DNA of 64,000 nt from Octopus vulgaris (lineage: Eukaryota). The notes under the pieces are model-generated. The model saw only the letters and a program-made list of their open reading frames with translations. It was not told the DNA's origin and made no database searches. How positions within the stretch are numbered: position 1 is the first letter of the stretch; every line of letters begins with the position of its first letter. The stretch lies in the NCBI GenBank assembly GCA_951406725.2, contig OX597823.1:113770001-113834000 (forward strand), in the 5' to 3' direction. Shown here piece by piece: positions 30,168-44,386 of this stretch. Made by a program: the position numbers and the translations under genes.

Positions 30168-30814
30168 AAGGCGGTGAGCTGGCAGCATCGTTAGCACGCT
30201 GGGCGAAATGCGTAGCCGTATTTCGTCTGCCGTTACGTTCTGAGTTCAAATTCCGCTGAGGTCGACCTTGCCTTTCATCCTTTCGGGGTCGATTAAATAA
30301 GTACCTGTTACGCACTGGAGTCGATGTCATCGACTTAATCCATTTGTCTGTCTTTGTTTGTCCCTTCTGTGTTTAGCCCCTTGTGGGTAGTAGAGAAACA
30401 GGTATTTCGTCTGCCGAAGGCGGCGAGCTGGCAGAAGCTTTAGCACGCCGGGCGAAATGCTTAGCGGTATTTCGTCTGCCGTTACGTTCTGAGTTCAAAT
30501 TCCGCCGAGGTCGACTTTCCCTTTCATCCTTTCGGGGTCGATAAATTAAGTTACGCACTGGGGTCGATATAATTGACTTAATCCGTTTGTCTGTCCTTGT
30601 TCGTCCCTTCTGTGTTCAGCCCCTTGTGGGTAGTAAAGAAATAGGTATTTCGTCTGCTGCTACGTTCTGAGTTCAAATTCCGTCGAGGTCGACTTTGTCT
30701 TTCATCCTTTCGGGCTCGATAAATTAAGCACCAGTTGCGTACTGGGGTCGATCTAATCGACTGGCCTCTCCCCCAAAATTCGGGACCCTGTGCCTTGAGT
30801 AGAAAAGAATTATT
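30168..30814 (+). mobile_element. Tandem or nested tRNA-derived SINEs of a second family
   Basis: Two heads (AAGGCGGyGAGCTGGCAG at 30168 and 30417) and three copies of the core GAGTTCAAATTCCG..GAGGTCGAC.TT..CTTTCATCCTTTCGGG.TCGAT, which includes a B-box-like GAGTTCAAATTCC. Confidence 0.8.
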
Positions 30815-31177
30815 GTAAATGAATATTTAATGGATGACTTATAGAAATATAAGAAAAGAAATTTGAGATCATACAGATTAAAAAGTACGATAGATTCCCA
30901 AAATGTTATGCTGCCATCTGAAGAAACAGGCATCAAAGTGTTATTTATTCATTTATTTCACCATTCCGCTGACCAGCCTGCTTCTTCATATCTTCTAAAC
31001 TTTATCTCATGTTAACACCCTTTCACCTATTTTCAATTATTTTTTTCGAAGCTCAACACACTCCATCCACAAAATGAATACAAACCATTGCCATTCATTA
31101 TACAATTTTCCTCCATTTACTCGACACTCTCTCTCGTTCTCTCTTTCTCTCTCTCTCTCCCTCTTTCTCTTTCTCTC

Positions 31178-31267
<90 letters not shown>

Positions 31268-31310
31268 TGCATACAAACACGTATATGAGTGTTTGTGTGT
31301 GTGTGTTTAC

Positions 31311-31373
<63 letters not shown>

Positions 31374-31590
31374 TATGCAGTGCTGAAAAGCTCCTTGCTT
31401 TGGATAAAACAAGGCAGAGGAAGATCAGTTGACTATGATTTTATGGAACTCATTCCCCTCTCCGATCCACAGACTTATGGCAACTTTCCATTCATGTTTT
31501 AAAGCCCGTAAAAGAAGTTAGAGTGTTGGGCCGCCAACGAGATCTTTCGCGATACGTTTAAATCCAGGAACTTTTCAGCTCCCGTGGCAT
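31374..31590. mobile_element. Mariner-derived MITE (degenerate)
   Basis: Inverted ends GCTGAAAAGCTCCT (about 31382) and AGGAACTTTTCAGC (about 31566-31579) lie about 200 bp apart. Confidence 0.5.
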
Positions 31591-31609
31591 ATATATATGT
31601 CCTTTCCTT

Positions 31610-31847
31610 TATTCTTTATTTTACTTGCTTCAGTCATTTGACTCTCTCCATGCTGGATCACCTCATTGAAGGAGTTTAGTCGAACAAATCAATCAAAGGA
31701 CTTATCTTTAAAGCTTAGTACGTATTTCATCGGTCGCTTTTGATTAGCCCCGAAGTTACGGGGACGTAAACATAAGAACACTTCTTTTCAAGTGCGGAAC
31801 AACACTGCCACAAAGACTCACACATAGATACATACACATTCACACAC

Positions 31848-31895
<48 letters not shown>

Positions 31896-32150
31896 TTAAA
31901 TAATATGGGTAAAAATTGGTATTAATTTGATATTAAGCTGTTAGTCATTCCTCTTATGTGTATATATGTACATACGTGGCGGGGGTTTATATATACATGA
32001 CTGTCTCCTTTCAGGTTTTCTTTACCAAGTCCACCCACAAGGCTTTGGTTGGTTGGAGGCTATAGTAAAGGATAATTGCCCAAGTTCAAGCGTATTTGGA
32101 CTAAACCCGGAACCATGTGGTTGAGAGTTGAGCATCTTACCATAGAGCTA
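31610..32150 (-). mobile_element. Diverged SINE of the same family, followed by a plus-strand partial copy at about 32165-32310
   Basis: Tail TTTACTTGCTTCAGTCATTTGACT and head-side AACCCGGAACCATGTGGTTG resemble 22344-22755. Confidence 0.6.
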
Positions 32151-32539
32151 CGCATGTATGTTTGTGTGGTAAGATGGTTGCTACCTCACAATTTCCTGTT
32201 CAGTTCCATTGCAGGGCACCTTTCGAAATTATCTTCTACTATAACGCCAATCTTGCCAGATAGCCGTGAGTGGAACTGGTAGGCAGAAATTAAATGAAGA
32301 CTGTCATATATGCGAGCCCATATGCGTTTGCATGCGCGTGTGTGTATGTACGTGTTACATACATATATACATACATACATGAATACATATATAAATACAT
32401 ATTTTATCATATGTGATAGCATCTCCTTATGACTTTTACACTGTTGGCAAATAGATATATTTTTGATTTAAGAATTGTGTTCTATATGAGATAGCTAAAC
32501 CCTTTTACATTATGTTGCACTCCCTTCCCATATAGGTGT

Positions 32540-32576
<37 letters not shown>

Positions 32577-34077
32577 CCTATGTTCACACAATTAACTGAG
32601 ATTTATAAATCACCTGAAGGCAACAACAGTAAATAATGTTTGTTCCAAAATGAGCCAATTTAAATTTATTGGATTCCATTTCCACCTTTCATTATGAATT
32701 CTACGTCAATAATATTTTACCTTCACGGATCCCATTCAAGAACAACATTTATCTTAATAGGATATGAAAAACAGAAAAATCACTCAAACACAAAACAATA
32801 TAATATTGTTTATTTTAATGTGATATGTTTATAACTTTTTGAAATTGCAATTAGTATTTAACGCAATTATACTTCACTGGGTCAAACGTAATAATTGTCA
32901 TGCTGACATGGAATACAATGGCTATTATCCAGCTTCTCTTAATTTATTGAAAACTTAATTCCAATGATATTGAGTTTGCACGTTCCTTCTTTATTCTTGA
33001 GAAAGTAATATTCCCCATTTCGTTTCTGTTATTATTAAACAATTCAATTCTAATTTCAATAATAATTTAGGCACATTTATTGACTGACATTTCTAAACAA
33101 AATTTATTAATTTACTTTTATCACGCTTGTCGCAGTCACACTAATTTTATTGTACTGGGTTTTCGTATATAATGCCGCTGATGTATAAATATAATACGGA
33201 ACTTTCACGAACTTTGTTTCATTTATTTTTTAAGAAATAGGTAAATATTATTGAATGAAATTATTAAAATATAATCATATCCAGCGAGAGTTAAGTTTAT
33301 TTCAGGAAATTTTAATTGTATTGCACATTTCCTTTCAAAATTTCGAATCATTTCTTGTCGAATAGACACATATATTTCAACAAGAATTCCGAAAGCTCTC
33401 TTTTACTCCCTATATTTATCGAGCGATAGAAAACCATTACTTGATTCTCAGAATATTATAATATACATTTTATATAATATACACTGTCACTATTTCAATA
33501 TACAAATAGTCAAACGATTAGAAGAAATGGGGGTGAGGAACGGATTACGATTTCAAATTTTCGTGCTGCTGACCATAATTAAACGTACATATTGGTGTAT
33601 CAGAATCACTGATGAGTACACCTGACTAATATCATCGACGTAAAATAATTTGTTATGTGAAATTTCTGTGGAATCCAGTTACAGTATTCTATAGGATATA
33701 AAACAAAGGTTCTCTTGCGTAAACGAGTTTTAACTTTTAGACTTCTGGTATGAAGGTATGAAGGTCTCTGAGTTACACACGTTGGAGACAGTAATAAAAC
33801 AATATTATTTAGTTCTCCTTCCTTCATTTTTTAAGCAAACGCTCTTCTCTCTCCCTCCCTCCCCCTCTCTCTCCTTCTCTCTCCCCTTTTCTCCCCTCTC
33901 TTTCTCTCCCTCTATATATATATGTGCGTATATATATATATTAATACACAAATACATATATGCATTCATATATCTATATGTGTGTTTGTGTGTATACATA
34001 TATATGTATGTAATGTATATATGTATAGGTATGTGTCGGGGATTGATTGTATCCACAGAGTAGTGCGAACCAACATA

Positions 34078-34115
<38 letters not shown>

Positions 34116-36159
34116 CGTGTGTGTGAGGGAGAGTGTGTATGTTAGGATAGTTGAATTGCAGTTATGATTCTAATACTATTGAAATCTCTTAATTCCAAAG
34201 CATCTTCCAAATTCCTCATATTTGTAGACACACCAGTATAACTTGTAAATGAATACTCTATTTGTAGAATCAACTTTTAAGTATTCTTCGAAATTATTTG
34301 AACTTTATGTTGTATACTTGCTGCTCTCATTGTTTACAATGTTCAGTTACAGGCTAGCCTGAGCAAGATGACTTGTTTGAAAATGTTGTTGCAGTTGAAA
34401 TTTGGAGCAAGTTGGTTAGCATTTATAAAGTTTCGACGAGCCATTTAGATATCTTTTGCACGTTAGTGCCGTATTATAATTAACGTACACGGAAGGAATG
34501 TAGTCTCTATCATACTTTAATATTGTAAAATGTAAAATAATTGTGTTAGCGTAATAGATGATGCAACCTCTGTTAGGAATAATCTATATTCGTATTAAGG
34601 GTCCTACATGATATCCATTGCTTGAGAGACATTACGTGATAGTTCGTGGGTTCATAATAATAGTAAACGTTTGGATTCCCATTTATGGAGGGAGATGCTG
34701 GAATGAAGAAGGACTGGGTCTGTATTACCCAAGGAAGACAATTAAAGTTAATAGATAGAATTTAATACTGGATATACTTCATCCGAGTTCAAGTACTATG
34801 CTTTGTCAATAACTGCACCCGTTTGCAAAGACACCCATCACATAAATTAAATTTACCTACAAAAACTACATTCAATGTTCTACTTGTCAGCAATTTAGAT
34901 TCATATCATAAATATAAGCGCTCTCTTTTGTGTTTAGACATGCAGCTTCAACAACTAATGCGCATAAAATATTCCTTAAGATTAATGAACGTGAGAAATT
35001 GAATATTTCCCAAAAGGATATAATATGATGAATGCTTCCAAGCGCAAAAACTCACAATGGAGCAATTTTTAATATTAATTCAGTTACTTGACGAAATTTC
35101 CCTATTGTTTCTCATTACTACTACTACTACTACGTAGATTGTTTCTCATTACAAATGCTATGTAGAGTGATGCCTTGCCTTGCCTTGTTTTAGTCACATA
35201 ATTCCTGGATAGAGGAATGGGTGTGCTACTATGATATAAACTTAAGCATTCTGCGTTAGACTTGACGGTGACCAAACATCTCAGAGTGTTCAAAAGCCGA
35301 TTTCTTCCAGTAGAATGTCAGAAACAAAACGATAAAGTGCAGGAAAGAGAAGAATTTACCATCGTACCGTACACGACTGGTATATTGCTTTAAGAACCCC
35401 GACAGCTGTTGCTAAACAATGTTTATGAACCCCTGTCTGCTATGAACTGAATGATTAAAGTACGGGAATTCTCATTGCAAAGATATGTATCTTTCTGCTT
35501 CTCTCATAACTTTGCCAAGTGGCCGCAGAGCATAACATGTATCTCAAGTGGTTGTTTAGCATATGTAATGGCGTAAATTCATGTACTTAAATTCATTCAT
35601 GAAAATCTTTATACATATGAAACATTGTTTAACAGCTTACTCAGAAGAAAAAAGGAAGTTGTAGTTCTTCACCTAAACTTGGCTTCAATGATTCCGACTT
35701 TGAATTATTAAATACCTATTAAATAATTAGTGATGATGGAAGGAACTGATCCAAAACGACATAAAGTGGGATCGACAAGTAAACATGTATTTGCGTAGTG
35801 TACTTCGTCATTTAATAAAGTCTATACTTAAGTGAAATTGTAAAACGAAATCAAATATTTTCAAAAGGAAAATGTATTTTGCGGTGGACATAACGAATGA
35901 TGCTTCAATATGAAGTTAATGATTAAAGAAATACCTAAATATAATAGAGAAAATGAAAGTTTCCTTTTGTGGAAGGAAGCAAACAAATTATTTGAAGACT
36001 TGCTTTAAAATTTATTAAATGGTATATGTAAAAATATGTTCATGGATAAATGGAAATATTAGCTTTCGACTATGCAAATTATCTTCTAAAACTCTGCTTT
36101 TTCCGAATGAAAACAGTTCTCAATTTTCTCCCTTTTCCCTTTTTTATCTATCTATTTTC

Positions 36160-36194
<35 letters not shown>

Positions 36195-37131
36195 TTTTGC
36201 CAAACAAATTTCTGGGATGATAGGAGTCACCATGTTTAACCATTCGTATTCTAGATGTATTGTTTTGTAAATTGGCTTTCTTCTTTCACGGCGGATTCTG
36301 GATAACTCGATTGCTCTGATTCTCTAGAGCAAACACAAGAATAGAATAGTTAGGTAACTAGTCGCTCCAAACTTGAGCAATCAATTATCGTTGGCAAAGT
36401 ACGAAACACTTACATAAGACCAATGCTACAGGTCCTGATGACACATCTTTTGTCAGTGTCATAATTTATCTATGTTTTCCGCTTAACGAAAGAAAACGCT
36501 TTAGTCGGAGGACACAACTTTTGACGGAAGTCGTTTTATCTTCTGAATTCGTCTTCAAGCTAGCGTCCAAATAAAGTATTGTAGCTTTGTTCTGTGAACG
36601 GCAAGCACAGTTCAGATCAATTTACCTTTGCCATCGCATGAGAATAGTCACTTCCTTTGTCTTTTTCAAATCCTCATGTGCTATTCCTAACAAATGACTT
36701 GGAGGAATATTATCATTTCGACTTGAGTATTGCTAGTGATCATAGCATCTCGGCAAATGTATTTCAGAAGCTGAGAAAACATTAAGATTTGCTCACTGAA
36801 ATCGAAAAATTGTGGTATTTCAAAGCGGTTACAATACCACTGATAGTACGAGCACTATCAAAAATGAAATTGAAATTGATTTGCGAATGTTCCCTAGCCT
36901 ACCATTCTTGCAAGTAGTGCAAAATATTGATTTGAATTGGTACAATGAGAGGAGCGGTGGCGACGTCGGAACGATTCCTGTCTCTATATTTTAGTTGTTT
37001 TTTTTTCTCATTTAACAATAAACAATCTGGTGTGTTTAGTTAAATGGCATACCGATGTATGAAGTGAGATTCTTTGCAATAAGACTCGGGAAGGGATTCG
37101 TCAACAAATGGAAACAAAGTTGAAAGAAGAA

Positions 37132-37132
37132 A

Positions 37133-37176
<44 letters not shown>

Positions 37177-37189
37177 ATAATAATACTAC

Positions 37190-37267
<78 letters not shown>

Positions 37268-37268
37268 A

Positions 37269-37334
<66 letters not shown>

Positions 37335-38074
37335 ACAAAGTCCAGTATGCCCATCATGACTACCCGTCGCATAAGGGTACACCATGCACATGCATCACAA
37401 CCATATGTGCGCGACATGGTGATCTCATATCAAGATAAACAGCACATGACCCTGCTGGTGGGGCTTAGTTAGAATTTTCTTCTGGTCGAATAACCCATCC
37501 CACTCAAAAGATCCCTGAATAAGGATTGTGTAAGGATGTTGAACGAACCACACATGTTTCCAAAAGTGAATTATCCAAACCTCCAAGAATTCCTTTCAAC
37601 ACATGGCTATGATGTTCCCCCACTACTTCTGCTGGTGATCAGAGATGCACATATCGTCAGCCACTAAGGGACATGCTCAACTGGTTAATGTCAAACAACT
37701 GACAAGCAAATTTGTTGTATTGAGCAGAATATTTGCTGTAGCCCATCTTTTATACCAATACAACAATGTACATGATGACACTTCCAATCAGTTAAGATCA
37801 GAAGCCATGAGATCCACTGTCTATCATCCACTGTCTATCATCATTATCATCATCATCATCATTATTATTATAATAATTATTATTATTATTGTTGTTATTA
37901 TTATTTTTATTATTATTATGATCATTATTATTATTATTGTTGTTATTGTTAATGTTATTGTTATTATTATTATTATTGTTATTGTTATTGTTATTATTAT
38001 TATTGTCATTGCTATTATTATTATTATTATTATTATTATTGTTGTTGTTGTTGTTGTTCTTGTTATTGTTGTTA
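37132..38074. repeat. Two trinucleotide tracts, (CTA/ATA/ATG) 37132-37334 and (ATC/ATT/GTT) 37836-38074, flanking a 500-bp unclassified segment
   Basis: Read directly. The two tracts are in opposite orientation. Confidence 0.85.
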
Positions 38075-38717
38075 TAGCGAGTGGTCCCTTAAATTTGCTA
38101 TTGCCATAGAGCACATGACTATAACGTCTATTGAAATTTATTTGTATATTGATTGGATTACGACGAAAATAGTTATCTTGTGTGTCTGTTTTATTGATAT
38201 ATACGCCAACATTCACAAGCTAAAGCCTTCACCAGCTAATCACACCTGTTATCCTGAAAACATTCAAGTTAGTCTCGTTTGTATTCTATAAGAAGTTCAG
38301 AATATTCTATTATCCACACAATATAATTAGAAATTAACGCAAATCTATTGTATCATAAAATGTTCTAATTTTGATACATAATTTATATAAATTATATTTC
38401 TTGTTTACAAATAACATTGTGTTACTGTCATTATTTAATTGGGAATAGATATAACTGTTTCCAACATACTCTTGATTCAAAATATTCAGTATAATAAATA
38501 TATTCAAATACATATTAAGCAAATTCTTTCGGTAACTTCCTATTTCATTACTTTTCTACATTTTAAAACCACTGGGGATTCCATATCTAATTTAATATTT
38601 TTTAAATAGTAAATGGAGTGGTTTTGTGGGGATCTGTAAAGTTTTAAGGTGAATAACCGGTGAGGATCGTGTGCTGCAATGAAAAGCTTTATAGAACATT
38701 AAAATACACTGAAAATA

Positions 38718-39280
38718 TTGGATTGTCCGTAAAGTTCGTGCCGATTTGTAGTAGCTTACTTTTCGACTTATTTTAGAACATGCTTGAGTCCATAAAATAT
38801 TTGACTATACCTCAATTTAGAGCACAGTTTAAGCTATCTTTTCGTGGAAGATGTTTTAAGTTCCTATAGTCTGTGTTAATTTTGTAACTCTTTAAAATGA
38901 AAGATAAGAAAGTTCATTTTCGGCACTTGATGTTTTGCGAACTAGAAAAAAATTACTGCAGCTCGGCTGGGATGTGTTACCCCACGCTCCATATTCACCA
39001 GATATTGCTCCTTCAGATTTCCACTTATTCAGGTCTCTACAGAATAGTCTTAATGGTAAAAATTTCAATTCCTTGGATGAGGTAAAAAGATACCTTGATG
39101 AATTCTTTGCCATGAAACCACCTGAATTCTGGGAAGAGGCTATTTTCAAGTTAAAGGAAAGATGGAGACGCATTGTGCAACAAAATAGTTCATATTTGGT
39201 TGATTAAAAATGTAATGGCAAGTATTTATTGACCTGTTTCTTTCCTTTAAAAATCGGCATGAACTTTCCGGACAACCCAA
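38718..39280 (+). mobile_element. Internally deleted mariner transposon with both TIRs
   Basis: TIRs TTGGATTGTCCGTAAAGTTCGTGCCGATTT and AAATCGGCATGAACTTTCCGGACAACCCAA, with TA on both sides. The transposase start MKDKKVHFRHLM is fused to the C-terminal HAPYSPDIAPSDFHLF. Confidence 0.9.
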
Positions 39281-39689
39281 TATAGTCACCTACCTTATTA
39301 CAAAACAGCACATTTTCTTTTGCGAACGTGAAGCATATATCTATTAATTTTATTACTAATTGTTCATAGAAAAATCGAAGATTCCGCTTGATCACTGTCA
39401 TCAGACTTCTCGTTTACTTTGGTCTGTTGTTGATTTATTTAGTATTTTAGAGATTATGCTTTTGCTAGGTGAAGTAATGCAAATGAGAATTATGTGATGT
39501 GTGGGTAGAGAGGGAAATTAGCCGTACACACACACACCACGCGCGCGCGAACATATATACACAGATAGATAGACAGACAGCCGGATGGACGGATGGATGG
39601 TTAAAAGCATGTATGGATGCATGAATAGACAGACAGACAAAAAGATGAATATATATTTATATATATATATACAGAGAGATAGATATATT

Positions 39690-39737
<48 letters not shown>

Positions 39738-39770
39738 CATACATACATACATACATACATACATACATAG
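39690..39770. repeat. (GATA)n(CATA)n tetranucleotide repeat
   Basis: Read directly. A further (CATA)n tract lies at 42450-42716. Confidence 0.9.
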
Positions 39771-41130
39771 ATGATATGATATGAGCACAGAATCTTGTCT
39801 GGTGCAGCATTTTTACGTGCATCTGAGATTACATGGTTGTTCAATACATTTATCCATATAATACACAAACTTCTGTAGGTTCCTTTGTCACAATACATAA
39901 AACAAATTCATAGTGGTTAACTTAATGCCCATTTCATGAGGTACCAGTTAATGGACCTCTGCCGTCCATAATTCCCTGAAAGCTTGACTTTCTCAAAGAA
40001 CTTTACAGAAGGAAAACGGGTGTACCACAAATGTACCAGTTTTTCTATATTGATGAAATTGGTATTTTGATAAGTTTCATTTTCAAAATCTTTAATTTGC
40101 GTCTGTGTTTAAGGATGACTGAAGAATGATATCATTTGATTATGGGAATGTAATCTTTAGGAAGACCAACGAAGGAATTACATGGGAAAAACTCTAGAAA
40201 TAAAATGGAATCGCGTTGTAAATCAAATGTAACAGAAAAATCACATCAGAACATATTGTAATTGTAAAATGAATCTTCTAATCGTAAAAAATTTTTAACA
40301 ATGTCCATTACTAGGCAACATAGCTTTGTCATTCTCATGATATTCGATGCATTTTTCCCGTGAATATTTAGAAGTTATCCCAAACTATGTGCAACATATA
40401 TGTATAACGTCACCTCTTCCGGCCTGCTCAGATTGTGAACTTCATATAGTAGGTAGACAAGTCTTGAAGAGGCACCAAAAGTCTGATTCCATTTAGGAAA
40501 ACGCAGTTTCAGTTCTGTGCTACTTACGACAGTATCTTTGTCTTAACTCTTGATATATAATCTAAAGTTACATCAGATATATTTCCGTTTTAAAAGTACA
40601 CTGTACGAGTGTATCAATGGCTTTCCTGTTAATTTTATTTATATATTCAATGGCTTTAATGCTATAAATTCTGAAATTTAATTCAACTGATATACGATAC
40701 ATATTATGTTTTCTCTACGACGACTACGTCTAGCAATGGGAGGGCGATAGACCAGTAATATGTACATGACTTCATTTGTGACAATAAAATATACTGAATT
40801 ATGATGCTTAAAAGAAAAAATAAAAGTATTTATGTTATTAATAATTCAGTAATTTTCCGCTCATTTCAATACGTTCCAGGTGGATTTATATTTAATTATA
40901 AATTTCTAAAGCTAAATGTAAATGTTTCTTCAGAGCAAAAACAAGAAATTTAATTTAAAATTAAAATAAATAAAAGTAAAGACAACAGTAGAATATACGT
41001 TATTTTAATACAAAAAAATTTATTCAGTGATTTTTCTATTCACAACATTTCTATTTATAGTAACGTAAGTATTCCAGAGTCTTATGATATTGGAAAGTAG
41101 CATGAGGTCATTCGGTTCTACTTATTGATA

Positions 41131-41732
41131 GCACACTAATTAAACCCTTTTTTTTGAATGAGATCGATAAATGCTAGAAATAACATACTGCTACACGCAA
41201 AGAACACGATCTTAGTCGACAAGAACATTTCCTTCAGAATCACCTTATAGAGGTTAAAACGAAATGTTTCAATTACTATGATGTTCTTTTCTCCATTACA
41301 GAAAGATGTAGTCGAAGTATAAGAGTGAGCGTTTTTAGTAGGTTAATGATATGAAGGTAAAATAGTGCGGGATATAAATCTGAAAAGTAGAGTGGGTCTA
41401 AGTTGAAAGCGTTTGACGTAATGTTTGTTCGATCACACAGCCTGGTTGCGCGATCTATTGGTTTAATTGTAAGTGGCATAGTTACAGGTGTTGCTCTTTT
41501 GGAAATGGACAGATTTTAGTGTCTTTCAAGTAATCGTAGTATTTCTCTGGACAAAATGGGATATTAAAACTGGGGAACGGGTAGGGGATAGCTGTGGATA
41601 ACCTTGTTTATGGTAATGGAAAAGAACTCTATGTACATGTCATCATTTGTGACAATAAAATATACCGTGTGTAGCAGCATGTTATTTCTAGCATTTATCG
41701 ATCTCATTCAAAAAAGGGTTTAATTAGCGTGC
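41131..41732. repeat. Inverted repeat of about 67 bp (41131-41198 vs 41667-41732)
   Basis: CTAATTAAACCCTTTTTT..GAATGAGATCGATAAATGCTAGAAATAACAT.CTGCTACAC and its reverse complement. Confidence 0.85.
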
Positions 41733-44336
41733 AGAGTAGGCGGTTTTGATCGCGGGATTGAAATGGAATGAATTTTATTGCCTTTGTTTCCTTTTACCTT
41801 TTCTTTTTCTTTTATTACATTCCTTTCCTTCTAACCATTCTTTTCCTCAAGTACGTATGGTACTCTTCCATGTTCACATGTGGGTATGGGAGATTACCAT
41901 ACCAACATTTCAATCTGGAGTCTGCTCTTCTCCTTCATTATAAAAGTAGGACGTGTATAGGCTGTGAAATGCTTCTTTTGTTATTGTAGCTATCATTGCT
42001 GTCTATGGCTTTATTGGCCCTACACAAATGAAGTTTGAATAACACCATTCTTGGTCTAAATGTACGAGGTTTTAATATTTTTAGACATCATGTAACTTGG
42101 TTTATATCAACCAACGTTTGATAAGATGTGGTTTAAGAGACATATGGTTTCTATTTTCAGCAAATAGAACGGTGTCTTGGAAGATCTGGCGTGTAAAAGA
42201 TCTGCTTATAAACCAGTCAGGAATTAGGTTAGCATCTTGCTTGTTAACGTAATCACCAAATTTGTATTTATAACAGTTCGTCCTTAATTGTGTGATATAT
42301 GTTACATGCAAGTAGCGTACATAAGAAAAAAACCCTACTAACTTTTAATATTACAAAACCTAAATATGGGTCAAGTAGAAATAAGAATGGAGACACAATT
42401 TTTTTCTATACTGTTGAACTGCGGAAAATGAAGGGGTTTCTTGATTCGCACATACATACGGACATGGATACATGCATACATACATACATACATACATACA
42501 TACATACATACATACATACATACATACATACATGCATACATACATACATACATACAAACATGCATACAAATATACATACACACACATATATATATACTTA
42601 TATAAGTACATACATACATACCTACCTACATACATACCTACATCCATACGTGCATACATACATACGTACGTAAATAAGTGCATGCATGCATACATACATA
42701 CATACATACATACATACGGAGATATGGCTGAGCATGTGTATGTTTGTATGTACATATATAAGCGTATATGTATGTGTGTTTTTATGTTTCTCTGTGAGCG
42801 TACCTATGTGTATCTTACTTTTAACTGAATGTTATATTATCGGAATTTACACATATTGGATGTTTTAATAAATATTGATATACTCTAAAACCCCGGCATT
42901 GAACACACAAAGGATCGCTGTTGTACTTAAAGCAAATGACATTTACGAGCGATGTGAGGCAAGTGGAATAAGATATGGTTAAACTTCTGGTTATCTCGTT
43001 AGGTTTCAAGCAGACATAATGGTCAGAAATGGCAATAAAACGGCGTGAGGAATGTTTCAATGATTAGTAGAGCGTGGAATTAAAGTAGATTTGATTTTAT
43101 ATCAGAGGCTTGAACAGTCGCGTTGTTGTAGCCATTATACGACTTGCCATATGGGGATTTAGTAGTTAAGTGAAGAAGTATATCGTAAAAGTATTTCAGA
43201 GGTTTACTCACAGGAATTAATAAAACCATCTCTATCGTTCTGTTATCATATGTGCGCACGGAAGAGGTGTTCTATAAAAAAAAAATTGAATGAAATTTAT
43301 TTACTAATGTAAAAGAAAAAGTTACGTATTACACGGTACATTAAAATGTCTGAGCTGAGATTGTTACATATTTGTATAAATGATTTTCGCAAAGTAAGAT
43401 GTAATATGAAGAATATAAACAATATTGATAACAAAAGTTTTTGGCCGGTCGATTAGAAAAAAAAATTAAAGTTATAAATCTGTTACTTTATTTAGTTATA
43501 TTGTGAGAGATCGCAGATATGATCGATTAAATACAAATAATTTTAATTATTAAGATATTCACAAGACGTTTATTTCTCCGTGAAATAATGCTAAGATATC
43601 AATAAAAGCACTAAAATAAAAATGAAGATTTACCTGAAAAGATATCACCATAGATTGGATGAAATCTATTGAAAATATGTCATCGTATTACCGTCGGAAA
43701 AATTGAAATGATAATATTATATGATCAGAAATGTATTTTATATTCACAGAACACAATTCCATCCGAAACTTGCACCAAATATAGATCATTCGCATCAGTG
43801 AACAATGAATATAATACATAGAAATACATGAATAAATATATGAAACTAGTTTTATATTGATATAGAATAGTTTTGAATATTTTATTACAATAACAAATCT
43901 TGACTTCGGGATTTAATCAACGAATGAAGACCACTTTCCTCTATTTAATAACACATATATGTTTGTTATAAGCAATAAGATAACTGAATTTCAGTGAACA
44001 ATATGTCGTTAGATTTGATACGCTCCAAGCAATATTGTCGATTTCTTGTGTATAGCAATATACTAAAAACAAGTTCACTGATTTTATACACACACACATG
44101 CACACTCACATATACATATATATACACACACATACACAAATGCATACACACGTATATGTGTGTGTATATATATGTAACTATCTCCATCTTCTCTCTATCT
44201 CTCCCCACATATTTCAATATATATTTATATACACATATGCATACATAACACATACACAAATATAAGTGAGGTGGTGAGAGATAGAGGGAAATAGAGATAG
44301 TTACGTATACACAAAGACACATACAGATGTGTGTGT

Positions 44337-44386
<50 letters not shown>

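Noticed and set aside
30168-30260. tRNA gene
   Set aside because: A/B-box-like motifs are present but belong to a multicopy SINE head, with no cloverleaf.
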